Source: a virus (Duplodnaviria > Caudoviricetes). Taken from it: 33,696 bases of DNA. Position 1 is the stretch's first letter. The number at the start of each line of letters is the position of its first letter. Position numbers and translations under genes: made by a program. Shown one piece after another: positions 33,638-33,696 of this stretch. Below the pieces are notes generated by a model that ran no database searches, was not told where the DNA came from, and saw only the letters and a list, made by a program, of their open reading frames with translations. The stretch is taken from the IMG/VR virus record IMGVR_UViG_3300043432_000128, positions 1-33,696 of that record; one strand, 5' to 3'.

Positions 33638-33696
33638 AGCATTACCTGGTTTGCGGAATTGTATAGGTGTGTCGACTCGTTCGCGTCGTGGACGCT
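33544..33696. repeat. Terminal direct repeat, right copy
   Basis: Matches 1-153 with one mismatch. Confidence 0.95.

Noticed and set aside
1-33696. Stop-codon reassignment (code 25 or 15), as seen in some CPR lineages and phages
   Set aside because: Core genes are intact under code 11, and many TGA stops form ATGA overlaps with the next start.

Overview
The window looks like a complete circular tailed-phage genome (Caudoviricetes, siphovirus-like) of 33,543 bp. Bases 1-153 repeat 33544-33696 with one synonymous mismatch. GC is high, roughly two-thirds by eye. Essentially all credible genes lie on the minus strand; the long plus-strand ORFs are antisense shadows. Reading in the direction of transcription from the single large non-coding control region (13151-13765): small early genes; a membrane-anchored 3D-domain protein; an AAA ATPase and DEDDh exonuclease; HTH proteins; an HTH replication initiator with internal iterons; RusA; an HNH-like protein; GroES; a ParB-DNA methyltransferase fusion; a glycan-modification cluster across the contig join (GT-A-like transferase, pyruvyl transferase, Stealth-like phosphotransferase); terminases; a portal-gpF fusion; prohead protease; HK97 capsid; neck and tail genes with a -1 frameshift chaperone; and a lysis-position cassette built on a papain-like C1 protease. 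I recognised no integrase, CI-type repressor, helicase or polymerase. SD-less starts, extended -10 promoters and several gene families suggest a Patescibacteria (CPR) host (inference). The standout signal is regulatory. An exact 10-mer, CACGACCATG, forms the start-codon context of at least 8 genes spread across all modules. The control region encodes a predicted ~85-nt small RNA (promoter, 5' hairpin, exposed seed, terminator) whose seed is the exact antisense of that motif. This is a candidate phage-wide, multi-target RNA translational switch. Family assignments are from motif recognition by eye, not database searches.
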